Shown here one piece after another: positions 20,753 through 29,523 of a stretch of DNA of 64,000 nucleotides. The translations under genes and the position numbers were made by a program. Numbering within the stretch: position 1 is the first letter of the stretch; every line of letters starts with the position of its first letter. This stretch comes from Leptospiraceae bacterium (GTDB lineage Bacteria > Spirochaetota > Leptospiria > Leptospirales > Leptonemataceae). The DNA lies in assembly GCA_040217195.1 (NCBI GenBank), contig JAVJNR010000003.1, positions 352,001-416,000 on the forward strand, in the 5' to 3' direction. The notes beneath the pieces were generated by a model, which saw only the letters and a list, made by a program, of their open reading frames with translations, did not search any database and had not been told where the DNA came from.

Positions 20753-20889
20753 ATGTTATAAGAACTAACCATTTCTTTGGCACCATTTAGTCCCTGGCAG
20801 CATGCTGGCAGAGACTGGCACAGCAGACTCAGTAAATCTGAGCCCACTGTATTGCTGGTTCTATCTGGACCGGCCGGATAAAAAGAGCC

Positions 20890-22017
20890 CTATTGCTGAA
20901 TCTGAAAAGCAGGCAACCATTCAGTACCATTGTGGAAATAGCCCTGGTCTCCATTCAAAGGTACGGCCAGAAATTCATTTCGCGTCGGATGTTTCAGGAT
21001 AATATATTTTTCATCCCTTCGCGCTTCCTGATATTTCTGCTTGCCCGTAAGAGCGCTTTCCAGAATCCAATCGTTGCCTTCTTTGTAGAATTTGGCCTTG
21101 ATTTGAGCCGCATAGCTATCGCTGCCAATTACTTCCGGTGGATCCGTATCCTCACCGCTGCGTGCAAATGGTGCGATGGCAGTAAGAAAGCTGCTTTCCT
21201 GCCTACCAATGCCGCCATCCTTAATGATTTTTCCGGAAGGATCGGCCACCTTCATGGTCGGGTATCCACTAAATTGAAATTTACTTTTATCCGAGTTTGT
21301 ATCCAGAATTCGCAGAGCTACAAATCCGCTATTCAAAGCCTGGGCAACAGAACTCTGGGAGAATACATCTCTTTCCAGGTAGCGACAATAACCGCACCAC
21401 TCCGGGGCCGTAATTACAACAAAGACGTTCTTTCCGGAACTGCGAGCCTTCTGAAACGCTTCATCGTAAGATGTGACCCAATTGATATTTGATGTGGAAC
21501 GAAATTGAACGTTTTGCTTCTTGCCGGTTATTTTGATTCTAAGAAGCTTTTTGAATTCCTGCGGTTTATAGCAAACATTGGTTTTGGAGTTACACATCTG
21601 AGTCTTAATGACTATTGGAACAGCATAGGTTTTGGGCCCTGCATCTCGCCCCTTCTGCTCAAAGATGGAGAGTTCATATCTTCCGGCGGATTGGGCACGA
21701 CCCTTGCCTCGAAGAATAAAATCGGTTTCGTACTTTTCGCCTTCCGGTGCACTCTTAACTTCAACACCAAAGCCCTGGTCCTCTGGAATGTGAAATGAAG
21801 TGACAATATTAAAACTCATGGAAGTGGCATTCCGAAGATAGATATGATGATCCTCCGGCAGTTTGACATCCAGCGCTATTGTAGCGGTTCCGCCCGGGCT
21901 GATCTCCAAATTGCCCGCTTTGTCTACCAGCTCAAAATCTGTGGGTAGCTGCCTGGCCTCCAGACCGGTTGCGGCCAGGACCAGAAATGACAGAACCCAG
22001 ATTAATCGATTTTTCAT
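20890..22017 (-). CDS. exported thioredoxin-family protein with DsbD-N-like domain
   Basis: Signal peptide, HHIY and QMCNSKTNVCYKP (DsbD-alpha-like), WCGYC, GYPT. Confidence 0.75.
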   Translation of the reverse strand: MKNRLIWVLSFLVLAATGLEARQLPTDFELVDKAGNLEISPGGTATIALDVKLPEDHHIYLRNATSMSFNIVTSFHIPEDQGFGVEVKSAPEGEKYETDFILRGKGRAQSAGRYELSIFEQKGRDAGPKTYAVPIVIKTQMCNSKTNVCYKPQEFKKLLRIKITGKKQNVQFRSTSNINWVTSYDEAFQKARSSGKNVFVVITAPEWCGYCRYLERDVFSQSSVAQALNSGFVALRILDTNSDKSKFQFSGYPTMKVADPSGKIIKDGGIGRQESSFLTAIAPFARSGEDTDPPEVIGSDSYAAQIKAKFYKEGNDWILESALTGKQKYQEARRDEKYIILKHPTRNEFLAVPLNGDQGYFHNGTEWLPAFQIQQ

Positions 22018-22140
22018 ATTGTTCTCCTTATTTTCAGGACCAGTGTACTTCTAATCAGATCCACTCTATTGATGGTTTCAAATTGGACCGGTTTTTTCTA
22101 AATTCCATTACCGGTTCCAGGCATTCATCCCTATGCAATT

Positions 22141-22860
22141 CTAATCCTTTGGACGATGCATGGGAGCCAGGGTTGTCATGTCTTTTTCGTCTTCCGGTGG
22201 TATGGCGATGGGCTCTCCCAGAAATCTGGGATTGGTTCCGAGGAAAAATAGATCCACCAGAACCAGGGAGCGAGCAGGAATCTCTCTTAGATAAGTCTTA
22301 ACCCCTTCACCTATGTATACATCTCTGGCGTTGAAACCAACTATATCGATTCCATGGTGTAATCCAATGAGTATAGCCCGTTCGTTGTGAAATCGCTGTG
22401 AAATAACGGTTAGCGAAGTCTGTCCGAACACCTGCCTGGCTCGTACCACTGAATCCAGAGTTCTAAAACCAGCAAAGTCCATTACGATGCGATTCGCAGG
22501 TACACCCCGAGCCATCAAGGCATCTTTCATGGCCCTGGGCTCATTGTAGCTATGGGTACTGTTATCTCCGCTTACCAGGATGTAATCAATCTTGCCCTGG
22601 TTAAATAAGGCCATGGCAGCCTCAATACGATAAATAAAGAACAGGTTTCGCTGACCTCCCCGCACATATCGAGAGGTGCCAAGTACCAGCCCAACGCGAT
22701 TCTGAGGGACAGCTGACGGGGAATCAAAAATTCTGGCTCTAACAGTATAGGAGACCCAGAAGTAACTTGCATACAGAGCGCCGGAAAGGAACAAGAAGGT
22801 CAATGCGGCCAGCAGCAAAGAGATCTTTATTCGCAAGGACACAGGCCATTGTTTGAGCAC
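22141..22860 (-). CDS. sanA: SanA/YdcF (DUF218) family protein
   Basis: VGLVLGT, VSGDN..YNEP, DFAGFRTLDS, SQRFHNERA, REIPAR, PRFLG. Confidence 0.88.
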   Translation of the reverse strand: MLKQWPVSLRIKISLLLAALTFLFLSGALYASYFWVSYTVRARIFDSPSAVPQNRVGLVLGTSRYVRGGQRNLFFIYRIEAAMALFNQGKIDYILVSGDNSTHSYNEPRAMKDALMARGVPANRIVMDFAGFRTLDSVVRARQVFGQTSLTVISQRFHNERAILIGLHHGIDIVGFNARDVYIGEGVKTYLREIPARSLVLVDLFFLGTNPRFLGEPIAIPPEDEKDMTTLAPMHRPKD

Positions 22861-25314
22861 ATGGAGCCAGCCCGCAAACCAAAAAGCTCAGCCCTCGCCC
22901 CCGGAATTTTTTCAGGGAGCCCGGGGACGGCCCTTCTTTTTTCAATTCTGATTCTAATATCTGGATGCGGAGGGCCCGGACCGGCCAGTCTGGTCCATGA
23001 AGGCGAAGCTACGATCCATTTCGCCAGCCTGGAAAAAGAAGGTATTCGGAATCTACATGGCAAATGGGCTTTCATTCCCGATGGTCGGCCAGGACCGGAA
23101 GCGCTTCCCACGGAGCGGTTCGCAACGGTTCCTGGGACCTGGACTGCGGATCTATTTGATGAACAGTCCACCCTGACCCATCGCAAAGGACTCTATCAGC
23201 TGCAACTGCAGCTGGATCGAATGGAACCCATTTCCTTGCGATTCACCGAAATAATGACTGAATCCTGTATCTACCTGGACGGAAAAAGAATCCACTGTCA
23301 GGGAATGGTAGCTCCAGACGCTTTAGATTCCATTCCAAATACAAGTCCATTCACCCTGGTCATGGTTCCGGAGCGTCTGAACCCGGTGCTTCATATTGAA
23401 GTTTCAAACAATCACCATAGGAAGGGCGGAATCTTCGGAACGGTGGCCGTTGGAACTCAGGAGCAAATCCAGCAACTGGACCGTTCTCGCATGAGCCGCT
23501 ATTTGCTCGTGGCCGGAGCCTTACTTCTAACCGCCGTCTATTTTGGTCTGGTAGGACTTGCCGAGGGCCGAGCAGAAACGAATCTTTCCCTGGCTTTGTT
23601 TTGCGCCATTGCCATGGTTCGGATTATGACAGCGGGCGAGAAACCAGCCGTTTCCTTCTTTCCGGACCTCTCCTACTTTGTATACCTCAGATTGCAGTAC
23701 ATCACATACTTTCTTAGCGTTGCCAGCGCGCTTCACTATCTGTACACAATGTTTCCTGCGGATGTCCACCGCGTACTGGTCTATGTATCTTTTGCGGTGG
23801 CCGGCGCATTTTCGCTATTTGCAATTTTTGTAAGCACGACTTTACTCTCCTACTCTCTGAGCTACTATGCTTTCTTTTTCTTTTCCGTGGTAGGATACTG
23901 TACCTATGCAATACTTAGAGCCAGCTATTACAGAAGAACTGGATCCTGGTTTGTTCTTGCAGGGATGATGTCCCTACTTGTCGCAGTGATCGTAGATTTC
24001 CTGCGAGTCTATGAAGTTGCTCTCGTGCAGTACCTCGTAGGAGATGCCATTTTAATATTGATCTTATGCCAGGCGGTGGCCACCAGTTTGCAGAACAGAA
24101 ATGTTCATCTACGCATGGGTCAGCTGCAAACTGAAAAGGACCAGGCAGATGCTGCCGCAAGAAATAACCGTGAATTTCTATCCCGGATGAGCCATGAGCT
24201 TCGTACCCCTCTGCATTCCATAGTTCATATAGGCCACCTCCTAAAGGAGGAGAAGGATCCGTCCAGAGCCACGGACTATGTAAATACATTGCAATCTGCT
24301 TCCGACCATCTCTTAACACTGGTAAATGACGTTCTAGACTTTAACCGAATGGTTCAGGGAAAACTGAAATACCAGGAAGGATCCTTTTCTCTGCGACTAC
24401 TGTTAAATCGAGTGATTGTAATACACAGGGAAAGGGCTTTCGGCAAAGGACTGGATTTGCATCTGGACCTATCAGATGAAATACCGGACCGCTACCTGGG
24501 GGACTCGCATAGAATATCTCAGGTACTGCATAACCTGATTGGTAATGCAATCAAGTTCACATCCGATGGACAGATTACAATCTCGGTCACACCTGCTCAA
24601 GAAGAGGGCCAGTCTGGACCGCTCGATTTTTCCGTAAAAGACACTGGCATTGGAATGTCTGCAGATCAGCTTCCCATGATTTTTGAAAGCTACTTTCAGG
24701 GCGGATTTAACACGGATCGCAAGCATGAAGGTACCGGTCTGGGACTTGCCATTTCCCAGGAGCTTGTGCGACTGATGGGAGGCGAACTCAAAGTAGATAG
24801 CGCTCCGGGTCAGGGTTCCACTTTCTCATTTTCGCTTCCACTTTCTCTGGACCCGGAAGGAGACAGGCCTCCCGAGCTATCCGAGATTTCAGAAGCGCTT
24901 TCCGTGGCCGGGGCCGGACTAACTGAATCCCGAGCCTTTCGTCAGGAATTGATCTTTATTGTGGATGATAACCCGGACAATAGAAAGCTCACAAGCCGCT
25001 TTCTAGAGAAATGGAATTTGCAATACATGGAAGCGGCCAGCGGACGAGAAGCTCTGACTTTACTTGGAAAACATTATCCGCATCTCATACTATTAGATTT
25101 GCATATGCCGGACATGGATGGTTTTGCAACTTTGAATGCTCTCCGGGCCAAAGACTATGCCGGTCCCATCATTGCAGCTACTGCAGATGTAAGTAATGAG
25201 ACCAGGCAACGTCTGGTCGAGGCAGGCTTTGATGGCTTCATCGGAAAGCCATTTTCACCGGCGAATTTTCACCAGATTCTGGCCGGTTATTTGAACGCTG
25301 GCCTGAGTCGCTAA
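22861..25314 (+). CDS. 7TM-DISM hybrid sensor histidine kinase/response regulator
   Basis: Extracellular LHGKWAF..VPGTW..EVSNNHHRKGG domain, 7 TM, MSHELRTP, NLIGNA, DTGIG, GTGLGL, receiver domain. Confidence 0.92.
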   Translation: MEPARKPKSSALAPGIFSGSPGTALLFSILILISGCGGPGPASLVHEGEATIHFASLEKEGIRNLHGKWAFIPDGRPGPEALPTERFATVPGTWTADLFDEQSTLTHRKGLYQLQLQLDRMEPISLRFTEIMTESCIYLDGKRIHCQGMVAPDALDSIPNTSPFTLVMVPERLNPVLHIEVSNNHHRKGGIFGTVAVGTQEQIQQLDRSRMSRYLLVAGALLLTAVYFGLVGLAEGRAETNLSLALFCAIAMVRIMTAGEKPAVSFFPDLSYFVYLRLQYITYFLSVASALHYLYTMFPADVHRVLVYVSFAVAGAFSLFAIFVSTTLLSYSLSYYAFFFFSVVGYCTYAILRASYYRRTGSWFVLAGMMSLLVAVIVDFLRVYEVALVQYLVGDAILILILCQAVATSLQNRNVHLRMGQLQTEKDQADAAARNNREFLSRMSHELRTPLHSIVHIGHLLKEEKDPSRATDYVNTLQSASDHLLTLVNDVLDFNRMVQGKLKYQEGSFSLRLLLNRVIVIHRERAFGKGLDLHLDLSDEIPDRYLGDSHRISQVLHNLIGNAIKFTSDGQITISVTPAQEEGQSGPLDFSVKDTGIGMSADQLPMIFESYFQGGFNTDRKHEGTGLGLAISQELVRLMGGELKVDSAPGQGSTFSFSLPLSLDPEGDRPPELSEISEALSVAGAGLTESRAFRQELIFIVDDNPDNRKLTSRFLEKWNLQYMEAASGREALTLLGKHYPHLILLDLHMPDMDGFATLNALRAKDYAGPIIAATADVSNETRQRLVEAGFDGFIGKPFSPANFHQILAGYLNAGLSR

Positions 25315-25702
25315 ATGTTCTATAATCCAACGTCCTAATCACACTTTTTTGCTTCGCATGATGGACAAATACCTTCCCCTCCAGAGTTCAATTAAGAAAT
25401 TATGACTCTCTGCGCTCCCAGAGTAAAAAAACTCGCGGAGCCCCACCCATCTACCTGGCCCTGCCTTCGAGGAAGCTACCGGTCGTTACGATCTTCAATC
25501 ATACACCGGGACCTTCCAGGGTTGCAGAATTCTACGAGCACTGGCCTATGTCGCACGTTACAAGAAATTTCTCTCCAATCTGAACCGAACTGCGAACTTG
25601 CTTCTTTTTTCGCATCCGGTAACTGCAACACCTCAAATTTCGGTGGCAATCCTGAAGCATTATTCGTCTAAATTCTATAAGTCTCGATCTACTGGAGAAA
25701 GA

Positions 25703-26338
25703 ATGATACCCTGGAAAAACGCTTCCAAATTGCTGCTTTCGGCGGCCTGCATATCGGTTCTTGGTGCAATGACGCTTTCAGCCACCTGCGGACAAAAACC
25801 CGGCGAAGGAAGAGAACTGGATTTTAATAAAGAAAGCTTGAGCGATTCCAGGGTCGTCTGGAGCGAGACTGCAAAACGCCTGGGCAACTCATATACCTAT
25901 ATCAGAGTACAGGGAAGTATGACCGGCGAAACCTACATTACACTGGTTCGCTTCGAAAAGGGAGAGCTCACGGCCCGTATCTATAAAAGACTCAAGGTTG
26001 GAGTCAAAGATGGAAAACGGCAGGTAGAAATCCGAGAAGCCTGGATGGCAACTAAAGGTATGAAGCGACTTTCTGGCGGCGAAGGCGGCTTTCCCGGAAT
26101 GTCCATGGACGAGCTCTACAAAGCCTGTGAAGAAGAGATTATGGGTCGAGATCCGGAAAAGAACCATGTTGCACTGGCTGCCGATGAGCGTGGAGTCCTG
26201 AAACGTTGCTACTATTCCCCCAGACTCTGCGCCGATGACTGCGGCAAAAGCTATGATGTTAGTCATTTTTATGAGAAGGCCATAAGTGATGAAGTTCTTA
26301 ACGACTATGTTAAGGGACCTGAAATAGAACTAAAATAG
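25703..26338 (+). CDS. putative lipoprotein/exported protein with CxDDC C-terminal motif
   Basis: GGAG RBS, signal ending LSATC, C-terminal CYY..CADDC. Confidence 0.75.
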   Translation: MIPWKNASKLLLSAACISVLGAMTLSATCGQKPGEGRELDFNKESLSDSRVVWSETAKRLGNSYTYIRVQGSMTGETYITLVRFEKGELTARIYKRLKVGVKDGKRQVEIREAWMATKGMKRLSGGEGGFPGMSMDELYKACEEEIMGRDPEKNHVALAADERGVLKRCYYSPRLCADDCGKSYDVSHFYEKAISDEVLNDYVKGPEIELK

Positions 26339-26399
26339 ATAACTACCTGAAAGAAGAAAAAAGACCGGGAACTCTTCCCGGCGCGAACGGAGTGCAAGC

Positions 26400-27488
26400 A
26401 TGAAAGACATCGGAGAAAAGCTGATCAAGATTACCCTGGCATTATTACTATCGCTGGGACTGGGACTGCAATTGAATTGCAGTCCCGAAGAACTGGCTGC
26501 CCTTCAGGGCGAAGAAGAGGAAGAAGAAGATCCGTTGGATCAGCTGATTCAGGAATGGTTACTCTACGAACTATTTGATATTGGAAACGGTGCCTGCAAT
26601 GTGCAGCAGGGATTGCTGCTGGAGACATTGATTGCTCAGTATATTGCAGAGGGGGGTACCTCAAATGACCAGGCGGCTTCTGCCTCGGATCCATTCTACG
26701 ATCCCATTGGGGACCAACCGCTTCCGGATCTTGGCCCGCCAGTCCAGAAATATATTCTTGGGCCTTACGGTCCGCAGCCAATTACTGTTTTTGAGTATGA
26801 GCCCGGTGTCTATATGAAAGAAAGCGACATGCTTTTCAAAGAAGACCAATTATACGATTATCCGGATACTGCGGAGTCTGCATACCTGAGCTCCGGATAT
26901 GCCACCGACAACTCCGATCGCTGGCCACAGGACGGAGCCACCTTCAAAGTACCGTACACAATAGATAGCTCTTTACCGGCGGAAACCATAAATGAGATAA
27001 ACCAGGCCATTGCCCACTGGCAGGAGCGAAGCTTTTTCCGATTCGTTGCGAGGAACGGAGAAACGGATTTTATTCATTTCCAGGACGGCAGCAGTGGTTG
27101 CAACTCCTTCGTCGGCAAAAGGGGTAGCCAGCAGAATATTAATCTGGCTCCCAATTGTGGGTTCGGAGCAGCAGTCCATGAAATTGGTCATGCACTTGGG
27201 CTCTGGCATGAGCAGAGCCGCACAGACAGGGATTCCTATGTTGTAGTTTACCTTGATCGAACAGATGGAGACTCCAATTATGATAAGGAGAGTAGCCATG
27301 ATATTGGTCCGTATGATTATGAGTCCATCATGCACTATGGTTCATTCTACTTTGCCACCAGTGATCAACCAGTAATGACGAAGACAGATGGGAGTCTAAT
27401 TGAGCCGAATCGTCGAGCGCTAACTGATTGCGACGTTACAGGGGCACAGACGATTCACTCGGACTCCACTTACAACAGCAATCTTTGA
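26400..27488 (+). CDS. astacin-family (M12A) zinc metalloprotease lipoprotein
   Basis: Lipobox LNC, HEIGHALGLWHEQSRTDRD, Met-turn SIMHY. Confidence 0.93.
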   Translation: MKDIGEKLIKITLALLLSLGLGLQLNCSPEELAALQGEEEEEEDPLDQLIQEWLLYELFDIGNGACNVQQGLLLETLIAQYIAEGGTSNDQAASASDPFYDPIGDQPLPDLGPPVQKYILGPYGPQPITVFEYEPGVYMKESDMLFKEDQLYDYPDTAESAYLSSGYATDNSDRWPQDGATFKVPYTIDSSLPAETINEINQAIAHWQERSFFRFVARNGETDFIHFQDGSSGCNSFVGKRGSQQNINLAPNCGFGAAVHEIGHALGLWHEQSRTDRDSYVVVYLDRTDGDSNYDKESSHDIGPYDYESIMHYGSFYFATSDQPVMTKTDGSLIEPNRRALTDCDVTGAQTIHSDSTYNSNL

Positions 27489-27560
27489 CAGGGCAATACT
27501 ATACTCTGAACCTGTGCCACTCGGCACAGGTTCCGTCCACGATCTGGTACCAAGGATCCC

Positions 27561-28610
27561 ATGAACGGCATAAAACCAAAAATACTTCGCACTACGGCCG
27601 GCCTCTTGCTCGCAGCCAGTCTCAATTGCTCGTTGCCTGGACTAATTGAAGAAAAGGAGGATAATAGCGATGTATTGGCTGCCCTATTACTTTTCGAGGC
27701 TAACCTTGGTCCCGAATGTAGCAAATTAACCAGTTCGCTGGACTTTCCGGCAAAAACCTTTGCGATTTCTGGCCCTTCCTATCTCAATGACTCTCATCCG
27801 GACGGAGCGGCATTAGATGCTGATTCGGCCCCGGTTTTCAAATTCGTGTTGGTCCCCGGGGGTTGGACCTATGTCGCTCTACAGCAATCCAGGGAGGGAT
27901 ACCGGTGGGGAGATATGATCTTCACTGAAAAGAATGTTTCAGATTATGCGCCCATCGGAACTGCAAACAACTCCGGTGTGAACAAATATAACGGTCTTGC
28001 ATGGAATGATGCCACTCTTCGCTGGCCTATCAGCAACGGAAAAATTCAGGTCCCTTACATCATCGATGGTAGCGCGAATGCCACAACAATTGCAAAAATC
28101 AACTCGGCGATTGCCCATTGGGAACGATACGCTCAAATAGATTTTTTCGAAAGGACCGCCGAGGCCGGTTACATTAACTTTATTCAACCAACGTCCAGTT
28201 CCACATGTAGCGCCGTTGTCGGGTATCAAGGAAATGCACAGGAAATAAATCTGGGCACTGATTGCAGCGCAGGAAATGCAGTACATGAGATTGGGCATGC
28301 CCTGGGCCTCATGCACACTCAACAGAGAAATGATCGCGATAACCATGTAAGGGTTTACACAGACAACATCCTATCTGGCTATGAGTTCAATTACTCGAAG
28401 CTTGGCACTTATGGCCTGGACATTGGCCGCTACGACATCGAATCCATAATGCACTATGGATCATTAAGCTTCGCCAAGAGTGTTAGCCAGCCTGCTATGA
28501 CAACATTGGACGGTAGCTTATTCGGAGCAAATCGCTCAGCTCTGACCACCTGTGACGTCTATGTGGCGGAAACTATCCACATGGACGGACGTTTCAACTC
28601 AAAGCTCTAA
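27561..28610 (+). CDS. astacin-family (M12A) zinc metalloprotease lipoprotein (paralog)
   Basis: Lipobox LNC, HEIGHALGLMHTQQRNDRD, SIMHY. Confidence 0.93.
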   Translation: MNGIKPKILRTTAGLLLAASLNCSLPGLIEEKEDNSDVLAALLLFEANLGPECSKLTSSLDFPAKTFAISGPSYLNDSHPDGAALDADSAPVFKFVLVPGGWTYVALQQSREGYRWGDMIFTEKNVSDYAPIGTANNSGVNKYNGLAWNDATLRWPISNGKIQVPYIIDGSANATTIAKINSAIAHWERYAQIDFFERTAEAGYINFIQPTSSSTCSAVVGYQGNAQEINLGTDCSAGNAVHEIGHALGLMHTQQRNDRDNHVRVYTDNILSGYEFNYSKLGTYGLDIGRYDIESIMHYGSLSFAKSVSQPAMTTLDGSLFGANRSALTTCDVYVAETIHMDGRFNSKL

Positions 28611-28681
28611 TGCCCCTGTGAGCACCGAAAGTCATCAAATTCGCAAAACCACGGCAAATTGAAGCAGTTAATCAGCCGAAC

Positions 28682-29470
28682 CTACCTTTCCCCTTCCTTC
28701 GCAATAATGTACACATATCGATCTGCCGGACGGCTTTCGCTACTTTCATCACATTGCCGAACATTTCTGTAGAGCACCTCTGTATTCGATTTAGAAACTC
28801 CCAGGCTGACGAGCATCTTAATTGCATAATCCGCCCTTTCCTGCATTAGTCTCTGATTTTCGTCTGCATCGCCTTCGCAATCAGCACTTACAGCAACAAG
28901 AAAGCGGGCATCCGGTTGATTCTGGATCCGCTCTTTCAGTCCTGCCAGCGGTGCTTCCGATGTAGCCCTGGAGCCCACGCCGGTTTCGAACCGGAATCGA
29001 AATACCCCGACCTGCTGATTGCCCTCCAATGTGGCCCCGGACTGGAGAATCTCTGTGTCCGCTGCGGCCATTTCTCCACATTCAGCGATTACGACTGTAT
29101 CGGTGATTACACCAAACAGGAAACCCAGAGCTGTGTAACCAATGTCTGACCATCTCATGGATCGATACTTGACCAGAATTGCATCTGAATTCGAGCTCCG
29201 TGGCCTGAGAATCGGCTCATTCAATGGCAGCACAAAAGGAAAGTGAACTACATGGCTTTCCTGGAGAACCTTGCAGTTTTCGTAGGATCCATTGTAGGAA
29301 GCCAGCGATCGTTCCATAGCTGTGGGAGTCTCGGTAATATAGGGCGCTGAACCTGTGGGATCCGTACCGGTTGCACAACCAACGTTCCAGATAAGGACAC
29401 AGGAGACTAGAAGACTAAATGGGCTAAAATCGCTGGACTTTGGTACTATAAACTTTTTCATGCTTTCCAT
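28682..29470 (-). CDS. lipoprotein with degenerate OmpA-like C-terminal domain
   Basis: VGC lipobox-like; ADCEGDADENQRLMQERA..DRYVYI resembles the OmpA_C D-x2-G..N-x2-L-S-x2-R motif. Confidence 0.65.
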   Translation of the reverse strand: MESMKKFIVPKSSDFSPFSLLVSCVLIWNVGCATGTDPTGSAPYITETPTAMERSLASYNGSYENCKVLQESHVVHFPFVLPLNEPILRPRSSNSDAILVKYRSMRWSDIGYTALGFLFGVITDTVVIAECGEMAAADTEILQSGATLEGNQQVGVFRFRFETGVGSRATSEAPLAGLKERIQNQPDARFLVAVSADCEGDADENQRLMQERADYAIKMLVSLGVSKSNTEVLYRNVRQCDESSESRPADRYVYIIAKEGER

Positions 29471-29523
29471 TACAATTTCTTAACAGATAAAATATTGATT
29501 CGTTCAGAACCGGTGCTACAATT

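Noticed and set aside
25315..25700. Possible ncRNA (SRP-like GGAAGC) in a 390-bp intergenic gap
   Set aside because: It lacks the SRP helix-8 tetraloop context, and no convincing structure was found by eye.
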